The notes beneath the pieces are model-generated. The model worked only from the letters and a program-made list of their open reading frames with translations, made no database searches and was not told the DNA's origin. The translations under genes and the position numbers were made by a program. This document shows positions 48,701 to 58,766 of a stretch of DNA of 64,000 nucleotides, in pieces (position 1 is the first letter of the stretch; every line of letters begins with the position of its first letter). The DNA comes from Callorhinchus milii (lineage: Eukaryota): the NCBI RefSeq assembly GCF_018977255.1, contig NW_024704742.1, positions 57,724,001-57,788,000 of the forward strand, written 5' to 3'.

Positions 48701-51569
48701 AAGTTTGCATACCCATGCGTCCAGGGTATGCATTTTTAAAAACCCTGACTCTAGCGATTTCTGTAGAGGTGTACAGAATTTTAAATGGGATTGAAAAGAT
48801 ACCATAGATCAATACTTTGACATGTATCATTACCTTAGAACAAGAGGACATAGGTACAGAGCTAAAAAGGGCAATTTCAGGATACATTTTTAAGAGAATT
48901 TTAAAAGCTGGGAGAGAAATAGCAACGCAACACGATTTTGGAAGAATATTCCAGAGGACAAGAGCTGAAGGCTTGCCCACCAATGGTCGAACAAAAGGAG
49001 TGAGGAAGGAGCATTAAATGGAAAAGTGAAGAATATGGTTTAAAATTATTTCATTGGTGAGGTGGTGCAAGCGAAGAGCGATTGAGAAACAAGGATCCAC
49101 ATCTCACAGGTGACGTGATTTACAACAATCTTTAATCTATGATTCAAAACGGATTCTGCATTGTGACTTTGTTTTTTCTAAGTACACGAACCTGTGTCCT
49201 TTCGCACTACTCAATAATAGCCTACAACTTTTATATAATCTATGTCTCATCACCAAATCTGTATCAAGTCCCCTTCCTCCAATTTCCTTTCTCTAAGGAT
49301 AGCAAGTTCAGCTCTGTGAGCCTTTACATCTAACTGACATCTAACCTCTGGAAACTTCCTTTTGGTTCTTTGAATTCTCTCCAGTACAGTATTTTTTGGA
49401 AAGCAGCTTGCCCACAACTACATAAGATATACCAACTGTGGCAACATCAATAAGATCTGCATTTTTAACTCAGTCTCCAGGCTATGTTCCCAAATGACTG
49501 CCAATCCTAAACTTGGATCATAAAACAGTGATCACAGAAACTGTGATCAATGAAGCAACAACAACAGCAATTTGTATTTTTCTCTTTGACCGTGCCTTCA
49601 GCTCCCCTCATTTATCTGCTTGGTACCGTACAGCCCTCTGGACTCGATATTGATTTCAATAATTTCAGACCATAACACCACACATTCTCCCTCCCCCTCT
49701 TCTGTGATCATTACCACATCATCTGGGTCCCAGGCACAACTTTTCTCTCTCTGGTCTGCCTGTATCAACGTGCGTAAAACTGAGGCCCTCCTGATTGGCT
49801 CACGTCAGTGCCTCTGCACCTCTGGCGCTGACAGCATCAGCATCCAAGGCTGCACTCTCCACCTCTCAAAGCCGTCAGGAACCTTAGGGTTCTGTTCGAC
49901 CCTGAGCTGTCCTTTCTCCCTCATATCTGCGCCACAACTGGCACCGCCTTCCATCACCTCCGGAACATTGCCAGACTACGGCACTACCTCACCCCTCACG
50001 CGGCTGAAACTCTGGTCCACGCCTTTATCACCTCAAGGCTGGACTATGGGAACTCTCTCCTCGTCGGCCTTCCCGGCACCTCCCTCCACACTGCAGGTCA
50101 TTCAGAACTCTGCAGCTCGTGTACTGTCCCACACCAGGACCACATCACTCCCACCCTCGCTCGCCTCCACTGGCTCCCCATCCCCCAGAGGATCGAATTC
50201 AAGATCCTCATCCTCACCTACAAGGCCATTCACGGCCTCGCTCCCTCCTACCTCTCCGACCTTACTATCCCCCTACCTACCTGCCCGTACCCTCCGTTCC
50301 TCTGGCTCCGGTCTGCTCCACATCCCCCGCCCCAACCGCCCTACCATCGGTGGCCGGGCCTTCAGCCTCTCAGCCCCGAGGCTCTGGAACTCTATCCCCC
50401 AGTGCCTTCGCCGCCTCCTCCCTTTCCTCCTTCAAGGCCGGTCTCAAGACCTTTCTCTTCGACCGTGCCTTCAGCTCCCCTCTCGACTCTCTACCCCCTC
50501 CTCGCTCCCTCCCTTCCCTCCCCTCACCCTGACCATTTACCCCCTGCTCGGGTCCTGACCCAACTGTACAGCGCCTTGGGACGTCCTCCCGACGTGAAAG
50601 GCGCTCTATAAATGGAATCTTGTTGTTGTTGTTGTATTTGTATTGTGTCCTTCATGCAGGACAGTGCCTCAGAGCGAAGCAACTGGTGATGTTTGACTCA
50701 TAAACAAACAAAATGTTAAATTTAGATAAATGCTGATACATGTTGAAATCAACATTCAGGTTTTGTAATACATGTAGTTTACTTTCAATGACCTTTAATG
50801 CACCAATGTAAAATTACAATATTTTTTAAGTTCCTAGCCACTATCTAGAGCTTCTTCAAAATCACTATTTGATGCCAAGTCTCCTGAAGGTCATGGGTTT
50901 GAATCCTTTCCAAGCATTTGTGTAATTCAAATTGCAAATATTCAGCCAACTACCAGGAAAATGACCACAGCACTGTCAGAAAAAACTACTTTTGAAATCT
51001 GTAATCTTGGCCCAGTCTGGTCTGCACACAACTGCAGTCAAGAATAGTTGATTTTTAACAACCTCTGCTGTGGGCAACAGGTCACTCAGTCAGGGTAAAC
51101 AGCAATGGGCAATACACATAGGTCTTGCCAGCTTCGCCTACATCTCCAGATGAACAAAAAAAGGAAAAATATATAAATATACAAAAAGATTGAAAATTCC
51201 TACCTGAGTGACAATAGTAGAGATGTACCTGTCAGTGCTGTACTCCCAGCCATCCACACAGGGCTCAGTCTCACGTGTTGTGTCATTTAAATCATCTGTT
51301 ACAGGAGTTTTGTATCTTCTACATCGACTGTAGATCATCTCACCATCCACCTCCTCTACAGGCAGCAGTGAACTCAGATTAGCTTCTCCAGTGGTTCCAT
51401 TCAGAGAGTCAGGCAGATGGCAGTGGTGCTGAGGGGTGTCTGCCAGAAACACCATAGATAGAGTCACGTAGCCATTTGGGATGATAGTGACACATAAGAA
51501 AAAGAAAATTCTTCTCTGGAAGGGTCCCCATTCTCCAAGGAAAGCTGTGGCTTCATCATAATCCTGCAT
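21656..51569 (-). CDS. SLC22A5: SLC22 organic cation/carnitine transporter, OCTN clade (SLC22A5/SLC22A4-like); 10 coding exons, 553 aa
   Basis: The spliced ORF is open throughout. It starts [18 protein letters not shown] and carries the motifs WDLVC, SDRYGRK, PESPRWL, ELYPT and LPET. All introns are GT-AG with compatible phases. Exons 2, 3, 4, 7, 8 and 9 are 104/155/172/215/183/136 nt, matching mammalian OCTN exon sizes as I recall them. SLC22A5 versus SLC22A4 orthology cannot be settled without a phylogeny. Confidence 0.92.
22378..23040 (-). mobile_element. L2 3' portion
   Basis: [16 protein letters not shown], (CAA)n-like tail. Confidence 0.88.
23440..23720 (+). mobile_element. Old CR1 3' fragment
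   Basis: Diverged similarity to 44280-44520 (aacaagaggccataaatttaaa). Confidence 0.5.
23994..24129 (-). CDS. SLC22A5: OCTN-like coding exon 9
   Basis: Acceptor ttttag|; [12 protein letters not shown]...[20 protein letters not shown]; 136 nt; donor TG|GTATGT. Confidence 0.95.
24961..25143 (-). CDS. SLC22A5: OCTN-like coding exon 8
   Basis: Acceptor tcacag|; [15 protein letters not shown]...[34 protein letters not shown]; 183 nt; donor G|GTAAGG. Confidence 0.95.
26140..26925 (+). mobile_element. Old L2 3' portion with a nested SINE at about 26490-26695
   Basis: [16 protein letters not shown] core and tail interrupt the L2. Confidence 0.8.
27240..27454 (-). CDS. SLC22A5: OCTN-like coding exon 7
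   Basis: Acceptor ttgcag|; [32 protein letters not shown]...VQCVPK; 215 nt; donor A|GTAAGA. Confidence 0.95.
28555..29215 (-). mobile_element. L2 3' portion
   Basis: SRLNFAN, HRLQIIQ, (CAA)n-like tail. Confidence 0.85.
29220..32431 (+). mobile_element. Decayed Penelope-like element (RT + GIY-YIG), interrupted by L2 at 31238-32112
   Basis: [45 protein letters not shown]-like [28 protein letters not shown]. The segment 32113-32431 is interpreted as its terminal region. Confidence 0.88.
31238..32112 (+). mobile_element. 5'-truncated L2, young subfamily
   Basis: [28 protein letters not shown]; (TTG)n tail. Confidence 0.92.
32992..33086 (-). CDS. SLC22A5: OCTN-like coding exon 6
   Basis: Hand translation: acceptor ctccag|; [31 protein letters not shown](W); donor |GTGAGT; 95 nt. 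Confidence 0.9.
33265..34775 (-). mobile_element. 5'-truncated L2 (RT)
   Basis: [24 protein letters not shown]; tail at the left end. Confidence 0.9.
35250..36472 (+). mobile_element. 5'-truncated L2
   Basis: [14 protein letters not shown]; (TTG)n tail ends about 72 bp from exon 5. Confidence 0.9.
36544..36685 (-). CDS. SLC22A5: OCTN-like coding exon 5
   Basis: Hand translation (absent from the ORF track): acceptor ctacag|; [47 protein letters not shown]; donor |GTAATT; 142 nt. Confidence 0.9.
37060..37740 (-). mobile_element. L2 3' portion
   Basis: [21 protein letters not shown]. Confidence 0.88.
37741..38535 (+). mobile_element. CR1 3' fragment with a nested L2 tail at about 37960-38178
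   Basis: [26 protein letters not shown]. Confidence 0.85.
39109..39280 (-). CDS. SLC22A5: OCTN-like coding exon 4
   Basis: Acceptor caacag|; [25 protein letters not shown]...LPFW(W); 172 nt; donor TG|GTGAGT. Confidence 0.95.
39345..39690 (-). mobile_element. tRNA-headed SINE (long type, diverged)
   Basis: Reverse-complement match including the long internal block. Confidence 0.8.
41190..41530 (-). mobile_element. Old L2 3' fragment
   Basis: (CAA)n tail and similarity to 1-180 and 44645-45320. Confidence 0.65.
42343..42497 (-). CDS. SLC22A5: OCTN-like coding exon 3
   Basis: Acceptor ctacag|; [14 protein letters not shown]...[14 protein letters not shown](G); 155 nt; donor G|GTGAGT. Confidence 0.95.
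42810..44640 (+). mobile_element. CR1 LINE, decayed RT and 3' end
   Basis: [60 protein letters not shown]. Confidence 0.93.
44645..45320 (-). mobile_element. Old L2 3' portion ending about 40 bp from the exon 2 donor
   Basis: [27 protein letters not shown]. Confidence 0.85.
45362..45465 (-). CDS. SLC22A5: OCTN-like coding exon 2
   Basis: Acceptor ttgcag|; [34 protein letters not shown](R); 104 nt; donor AG|GTGCAA. Confidence 0.93.
45740..46052 (-). mobile_element. SINE (long type), head missing
   Basis: Core, long internal block and (TAA)n tail on the plus strand. Confidence 0.8.
46078..47175 (-). mobile_element. 5'-truncated L2
   Basis: [15 protein letters not shown]; tail at the left end. 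Confidence 0.9.
47740..48071 (+). mobile_element. tRNA-headed SINE, full length, young type
   Basis: Intact A and B boxes, TGC at the anticodon-equivalent position, long (TTA)n tail. Confidence 0.92.
48090..48500 (+). mobile_element. Old CR1 fragment
   Basis: ESDLGVFVD, plus gaatactgcagacagttctggtcacc (EYC.QFWSP-like). Confidence 0.6.
49579..50635 (+). mobile_element. Composite insertion: short L2 piece + Penelope piece + young L2 3' portion
   Basis: Matches 31079-32112 across the Penelope/L2 junction; flanked by atttgtatt direct repeats. Confidence 0.88.
51204..51569 (-). CDS. SLC22A5: OCTN-like coding exon 1 (TM1 and large extracellular loop)
   Basis: ATG at 51569; [20 protein letters not shown]...[20 protein letters not shown]; donor CAG|GTAGGA; N-glycosylation sequons NGT, NLS, NDT. 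Confidence 0.95.
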
Positions 51570-51729
51570 TTTCACTTTTTGTTTCCCCCTTCTGTATCTG
51601 GTAGTTCTGCAGAATGGGCCCAAAACTGCTTATTTTCATAAAGATTCTACTGAGGGAAAAAATTAAGTCATTATTTCAAGGAAGAGTGACTAAATCACAC
51701 ACAGCATAATTTTTTCAACACCTTTTAAA

Positions 51730-52145
51730 CAAAAACAACAACAAATTACATTTGTCTAGAGCCTTTCATGTCAGGAGGATGTACCAAGGCGCTGGGACAG
51801 TCAGGGATTTGTACCCAATCAGTGGGTTGGAATAGGGGGAAGGGCAAGGAGTAGGAGGGTGACCAAAGGCATGGTCGAAAGAGGGAGGGTCTTGAGAGTG
51901 GCCTTGAAAGAGGCAACGGAAGGATGAGACAAAGGGACTGTGGGATGTTGTTTCAAATAGTGGAAGCAGAACAATTGAAGACCCGAATATTGTCGGTGGG
52001 GCAGACCGGGCGGGTGACATGGAGCAGGGCAGAGCCCTCTGAGCGGAGGGAGTGGACAGGTCTACATGGAGTTACCAGGTCACAGAGGTAGGGAGGAGCA
52101 AGGCCATGGAAGGAGGGTTTTGAAGGTGAGAATTTTGAACTCTAT
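51730..52145 (-). mobile_element. L2 3' fragment
   Basis: (CAA)n tail and L2 3' sequence. Confidence 0.8.
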
Positions 52146-52751
52146 CCTCAAAACCAAACAGCTTTTTAAACTCAAACAATTTGAGAATGAATCTTCATAC
52201 CCGATTAAGAAGCTCATATACACACATATATATATAGTGGCAGGTCATGTATAATGACGTTGTGTGTAAGATGAATTTGAAAGTTGATTTCTGACACATG
52301 CAGAAGCCCATTTTAAAACACCATGCTTAAAAGTATCAACGTTAATCAAAAGCATCAAAACTATTGGGATGGTACATCCTGCTCACTTGATCCCAGAAAG
52401 TGTCAGACACAGGATGGCTCCACCGATCAGCCACTGAAGTACTAATGTAATTTGACGAATTAAAACCAAATAACTTTTTGTTAAAAGTTGTTAAAACTAG
52501 CAAGCTTCATTACTTATCCGCCCTGTACCACCCTTTAACACGTTTCTCCAAAGCTGAGCACCAGTTTCGTAATCAAGTTTTAACTTTTTACTTTAACTGA
52601 AACAGGATCAAAATATTTTTCTAGTGTGTGTGTGTGGGGGGGAGGGGTTGTGGTATATTGCAATGCCTTCCAAATAAAATTAACAGCTGCAAAGCATGTT
52701 GGCTAACTGACAGTTTTAAAGGTTAACAAAACAACTGCAGCTGCTGAAAAT

Positions 52752-52841
52752 CTGTAAACACAAACAGAAGTGGCTGGGAACACTCAGCAGGTCAGGAGTG
52801 ACTTGCTGAGTGTTCCCAACGACTTCTGTTTTTGTTTTCAG
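52752..52841. repeat. Inverted repeat with arms of about 43 bp and a 4-nt loop
   Basis: aaacagaagtggctgggaacactcagcaggtca-ggag-tgacttgctgagtgttcccaacgacttctgttt. Confidence 0.85.
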
Positions 52842-53382
52842 TTTTAAAGACTCAACTGGGAAAGGAATTTTGCTGCTAATCTGAACGTTGACCATAACGG
52901 TTATAACATGCGCTGCACAAAGCACTGGTCATCGATTCTGCCTTATAAAATGGAACAAACAACAATCAACAAATAATAATCAAGAAAAATAATAATCCTG
53001 ACAACACACAAATTCCTGAAGCGACAAGCGGGAACAAAATTCTACTGCAAAACAATCCACTAACACCGGTGGCCCCACAACCTTAACAAAAGCAAGTGTT
53101 ATTCGTGAACACTTTTTCCTGTTTCCAGCATCTGCAGTATTTTGCCTTTTGTTGAGTGTTATTCAAAATGCTGAATTAAAACACGCTTTTCTGGGTCCTA
53201 TTAACAATGCCTCAATGCAATGAGGAAAACAGTGGTAAGTGGCAGACACAGAAAGTTGGTTTTGTTGCAGAAGATTGTTTTATCCGCCATCTGGTCCCTT
53301 AATTATCATTATTACACTCCCTCAATCCCTCCCTCTGCAGTTTCTCTCACTCAACCAATCACTCGAGTCTCTCTGTCCATTT

Positions 53383-53961
53383 CACTCACTCATTCCCTCT
53401 CTCACTCAGTGCCTCTCTCTCTCACTCATTCCCTCTCTCACTCAGTGCCTCTCTCTCTCACTCATTCCCTCTCTCACTCATTCCCTCTCTCACTCAGTGC
53501 TTCTCTCTCTCACTCATTCCCTCTCTCACTCATTCCCTCTCTCACTCAGTGCCTCTCTCTCTCTCACTCATTCCCTCTCTCACTCACTGCCTCTCTCTCA
53601 CTCATTCCCTCTCTCACTCAGTGCCTCTCTCTCTCTCTCTCTCACTCATTCCCTCTCTCACTCATTCCCTCTCTCACTCAGTGCCTCTCTCTCTCTCATT
53701 CCCTCTCTCTCTCACTCATTCCCTCTCTCACTCAGTGCCTCTCTCTCTCTCTCACTCATTCCCTCTCTCACTCATTCCCTCTCTCACTCAGTGCCTCTCT
53801 CTCTCTCATTCCCTCTCTCTCTCTCTCACTCATTCCCTCTCCCACTCAGTGCCTCTCTCTCTCTCTCTCTCTCTCACTCATTCCCTCTCTCACTCATTCC
53901 CTCTCTCACTCAGTGCCTCTCTCTCACTCATTCCCTCTCTCACTCACTCACTCACTCACTC
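53383..53961. repeat. CT-rich compound minisatellite
   Basis: Alternating units ctcactcattccctct and ctcactcagtgcct(ct)n. Confidence 0.95.
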
Positions 53962-55129
53962 AGCTCCTCAGTTGTTGTTGTTGTCTCTCACTGTCCCCAG
54001 TGTCAGCTCCTCATTGATCAGGACACAGGTTGTATGCTCTCCTTAAGTTGGGCACTGCTGCTGATAGGCTGCAGGGCTGTGCGGTTGCCTCAATCCAAGT
54101 GCTCAGCCTGTTCCTGGCACCGCATGGGCTGGTTGCGTGCCCTGTGTGGCGTGGTCAATGATGTGGTGTTTTTCGAATGTAATTGGGAACTACCCTCACA
54201 AGATGTACGCAATGTACAGACAACAACTTTCCTTTATATAGTGCCCCTCACACAGGGCACAGTCCCAGAGTGCTCATCCTGTCACCAAAGAGTGTCCCGC
54301 AAATGTGCGCACACTGCACATTGCACATGTGGTAAATCTGTCCGTGTCCCCCATAAATGAGGAAATGACAGAGAGGAGCGACAAGACCCACCATGTAACT
54401 GGGCACTAGCTGGACAAGCAGCCAGACAGCAATATCAATGGCAAGCTATGCAGTTTTAACTGGTTAGACTACAGCAGTACCACAATGCACACTCTGGGGT
54501 CCCCAAGCCTTAACTCTTGCCAACCTACACCTAATACTTTCTGGAATTAGGTAACAACCACAACAAAATTACATTTGTATGGCGCCTTTCATATCTGGAG
54601 GACGTCTCAAGGCGCTAGACAGACAGTTTCAGAGCTGAGCTGGGGGTCCAGATTGGGGAGGGTGGAGGTGAGGGAAGGCAGAGCGGGTCATGGCACAGAT
54701 ATGGGGTAGAAAGGATAGTTGAGGGTCAAACAAGACCCCAAGGTTACAGATAGGCTTAGTAAGGTGGAGTGTGCAACCATGGGTGGTGATGCTGTCAGCA
54801 CTGTCAGGTAAGCAGGATGCATCCCTCCAGGGAAAGAGAGTGCATTCCGTTCCAATAATCTATCTCTGGGATTTCCACGTGTAGGTGGGATGCATGGAAT
54901 TCTCAGTTTAGTTTGGATACTATTAAGTATGGTGATGGGTTTCCGCATGTGTTGACCCCAAAAAAATTGTTTGCATTGGGCAGTATGAATGAGTTGCTGG
55001 AAGTGGGAGGACCAAATGAAATCAAAAAGAGTAGGGTACAACACCATTCACAGTTATACCCTGACATTAACTGTAATTGCTTCGATATAAAGTCCTTACA
55101 CATTTGCAGGATTCAGATGCAGCCTGAAT

Positions 55130-55682
55130 TACTCCACACACCTAATAATAATCCCTCCAAAAACAAAAACAATAATAAATTGGTCATTTTCAATCCAAGA
55201 CTGTTTGTGGGACACTGCTGTGCGCTATTGGCTGCCGCGTTTCGCCCACAAATATATGGTCAATTCAATTCAAATACAGCATATTCTATCAATAATAATA
55301 ATAATAATCCTTGCATTTGATATAGGGCTTTTCACGTCGGGAGGACATCCCAAAGCGCTTCACAGAACACACTGTAAAGTGAATTGACTGTATATTTGTG
55401 GGCGAACGCAGCAGCCAATGCGCACAGCAATGTCCCACAAAAAGTCGTAGATTGAAAATGACCAATTTATTATTGTTTTTGGTTTTGGAGGGATTATTAT
55501 TAGGCTCTGTGTGGAGTAAGGAAACTTGCCCAAGGTTTCGCCTTGCCTGGAATTGAACTCAGCTCTCTCGCTTGCAAAGCGAGTGCTCTAACCACTGAGC
55601 TACAGGACTCCTATGAAGAGCTTTGAGACGTCGAGAAGACATGAAAAGGGTTATATCAAATGCAAGGATTATTTATTATTAT
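55130..55682. mobile_element. Nested SINEs: young minus-strand copy (55291-55611) inside a plus-strand copy
   Basis: The host breaks at catattctat and resumes at tatgaagagctttgagacg after the inserted copy. Confidence 0.88.
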
Positions 55683-55869
55683 ATAATTGCCTGATCTGCA
55701 GGTAGAAATGTATTGATAACAAGGAGTAAGTTGGGGAAAGAGGAGAGAATTGAGAACAAGAGTTAAATAGGATGAACAAAGCAGAAGTTATTTCTAATAA
55801 TAACAATCATCCTTGCATTTGAAATAGCCCGTGATCACATCTTCGAGACGTCTCACAGCGCTTCACAGA

Positions 55870-56890
55870 ATATAACAACAAAAACTTGAAACATGAATAC
55901 AGCACCCCTCAAGCATGGTAGCGTCCCAGAGTGCTTGACAGTGGCTGAGCATAGTAGGCACGGTCGAAGAGGAAGGTTTCAGGCGCGAGAAGGAAGGAAG
56001 GGACAAGTAGGAAGAACAGAGAAAGAATGTTCCAGAGTTTGTGGCATAGTGGCTGAAAGCACAGTCACCAGTGGTGGAACAGAGGGCACTAGGGATATGC
56101 AGGAGGCTAGAGCCAGTCGAGCGGAGGCAGCGGTAGTGGGTTGGGGAGTAAGCAGGTTGGAGAAGTAGAGAGGTACAAGGGTATGAAGGGATTTGAAAGC
56201 GAATGTAAGGATCTTGAAATCAATCAATTCAGCAATAGGGAGCCAAAATTGAGCTTGGCTGGAACTGGTGTGATGCAGGTATGGAGTTTAGTACGGGTGA
56301 GTAAGCGAGTGGCGGAGTTTTGGATCAGCTGGATTCTGTGGATAGTGGAACTGGGGAGACTTGCAAGGAAGCCATTGAAAAGTCAAGGCGGGGTGTGACA
56401 AACACGTGGATAGGTTTTGTGTCTGCATCTGGAATAAGGTACGATCGGAGGCGGACAATGTGGCAGAGGTAGAGGAAGGTGGTCCTGGTCAGGGACCGGA
56501 TGTGGGGAAGAAAGGACAGCTGTGGGTGAAACCTGATGCCTAGGTTACGCACCAGTTCGGGGAGTCTGAGGGATAGGTCGAGGAGGTTGATCCACAGGAC
56601 TGAAAATGTTGACGGGAGTCAAGGAGTATAGCTTCCGTCTTGTCAACATTTAGTGCTAAATGTTTGCACTAATCCAGGCCCTGATGTCTACCAGACAAGC
56701 CGACAGAACATCGGTAGACCTGGAGTGCCAGTTGGAGGACGAGAAGTAGATTTGTTAGTCATCTGTGGAATTTTACCTCATGTCTACGGATGAGATTCCT
56801 AAGAGGGAGCATGTGGATGAGGAAGAGGAGGGATCCAAGGATGGAGCCCAGTGGTATGCCACAGGGTGGGGACGGGAGAAGAAACCGTTT
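55870..56890 (-). mobile_element. Old L2 portion
   Basis: RNLGIRFHPQLSF, IDFKIL. Confidence 0.75.
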
Positions 56891-58394
56891 GATTATACTG
56901 TAAAGTGAATTGATTGTATATGTTGTGGGTGAAACGCGGCAGCCAATTGTAGTATCATGGATTGAGGGACCAAATTATTATTTTAAAAAATATTTTTTGA
57001 AAAGATTATTACCCTTTTAATTTTATTACTGGGTGTTTTGAGTCATGGGGAGCAGATTAACATCAAGGAGTAAACTGAAGGGGTCAAGTAAAGAAAGGCA
57101 TGAGCTGGTTTATTTCTAGGCTGGGCTGTAGAAATGGGTAAAGAATAAAAATTGAAGTGGGAGCATCTGGAATGGAAGAACGTTTGTGAAATATTGTGAA
57201 GGCGGAGAATGCAAAATATGCAAAGGCTGAGAATGTGAGGAATTAATTAAGTAAAACTTGTATGCGGAAATTAAAACAAGACTGAGATGGTTGATTCATT
57301 GATGAAGTGATATTAACAATAGAAACTATTGAATCATGAATTTACTGCAGGGAGAAATACCTGATAACATGCCAGTTTTTTTGTGTAATGTTCTTCATTT
57401 TACTCCTCAAATTGCTTGTGAGATGAGTACTCCGATCAATGCACTACAGGACTTTTCAGTAATTCTTATGAAGCACTTTGAGACATCGCGAGAACATGAT
57501 AAAGTGCAATATCCAATGTAAGTACTATTTATTATTATATTACTCAATGTGTCACTTGGACTCTTGCATAAGTTGGCCATTAACCATACAACGTAAAAAA
57601 AAATTATCAAAATCTCGAAGAGGTCCTGGAATGAGAATAAATGAAATGTTGAATTGAAACAAAAGTAAATTCTTATTGAGCATGGTATTGACAAGTTTGT
57701 AATGAGTGTGGCAAACAATTTGAGAGTTGTGCACATTACAAACTTAATACCTCCTTGACACCCTGTAATTCAGTCCTCCATTTTGTTTTGTAACGTTCTG
57801 GCAGCTACTTTTTCATAGTCTCAGGTTAACAACACTCCTGTCAGACTTTGTGACTGCTTCAGGTTGGTTTGGCATTCTATATTCTCATGTAAGTTTATCA
57901 AATTATAATTTACAAGAACTGAACTATGATAGAAGGTATGTAAGTTTTGCACAATACAATTGATTATAACTTATTGCTAAAATAATTCTGGCATTTGATA
58001 TAGCGGCTTATCACATCTTTAAGACGTCTCAAAGAGCTGCACAAAGTGCTGTATTCAGTATTCAAGATGTCAGTCAAGTGTAATTGCATGACAAAGTGCT
58101 ATATCAAATGCAAGGATTATTATTTTACTTCTGCGTCCATTTAAAGTGTGAAAAAATAAGAAGCGAGAGAGAGATACAGAGACACACGCAGACAGACAGA
58201 TACTGCAGGGTTACTTAAAATCTATGACCCTGCAGTGAAGTATGAACTGACACAAACACTCAATTTGCTATAATTAGTAAATTTTAATAAAGGTTAGCAA
58301 GATTATAGATATCAAGGTTATACATTTTATACAATCAAAATAATGCTTATGACAGGTTAATGCAGTTCACTGAAATTAATTAATCGGATCAATT

Positions 58395-58766
58395 GTTGAG
58401 ACCTGTAGCTCAGTTATTAGAGCAGTCACCTCGCAAGCGAGAAATCTGGATTTGATTCCCGGCAGGGCAAAATGTTGGGCAAGTTTCCTTTCTCCACACA
58501 CCTCTGTTTATCTAGCAGTAAGTAGGAACCTGGTTGTTAGTCGATTGGTGGATCACTTTTCCGGGGGTAATAATTCCTTCAAAAAAAATAATAAATTGGT
58601 CACTCAATCCACGACTGTTTATGGGACACTGCTGTGCACAATTGGCTGCTGCGTTTCGCCCATAAAATATCCAGTCAATTAACTTTACAGTGTATTCTGT
58701 GAAGGGCTTTGAGACGTCTCGAAGACGTGATAAGGCGCTATTTCAAATGCAAGGATTATTATTATT
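58395..58766 (+). mobile_element. tRNA-headed SINE (long type)
   Basis: Matches 10788-11153. Confidence 0.88.

Noticed and set aside
51570..51623. N-terminal extension of the exon 1 ORF in the track
   Set aside because: That start is TTG; family similarity begins at the ATG at 51569.
53383..53961. CRISPR-like repeat array
   Set aside because: There are no unique spacers or cas genes, and the context is a vertebrate genome.
53220..54360. Long S/L/H-rich ORFs (265, 373 and 165 aa)
   Set aside because: They are translations of a stop-free CT minisatellite in all three frames.
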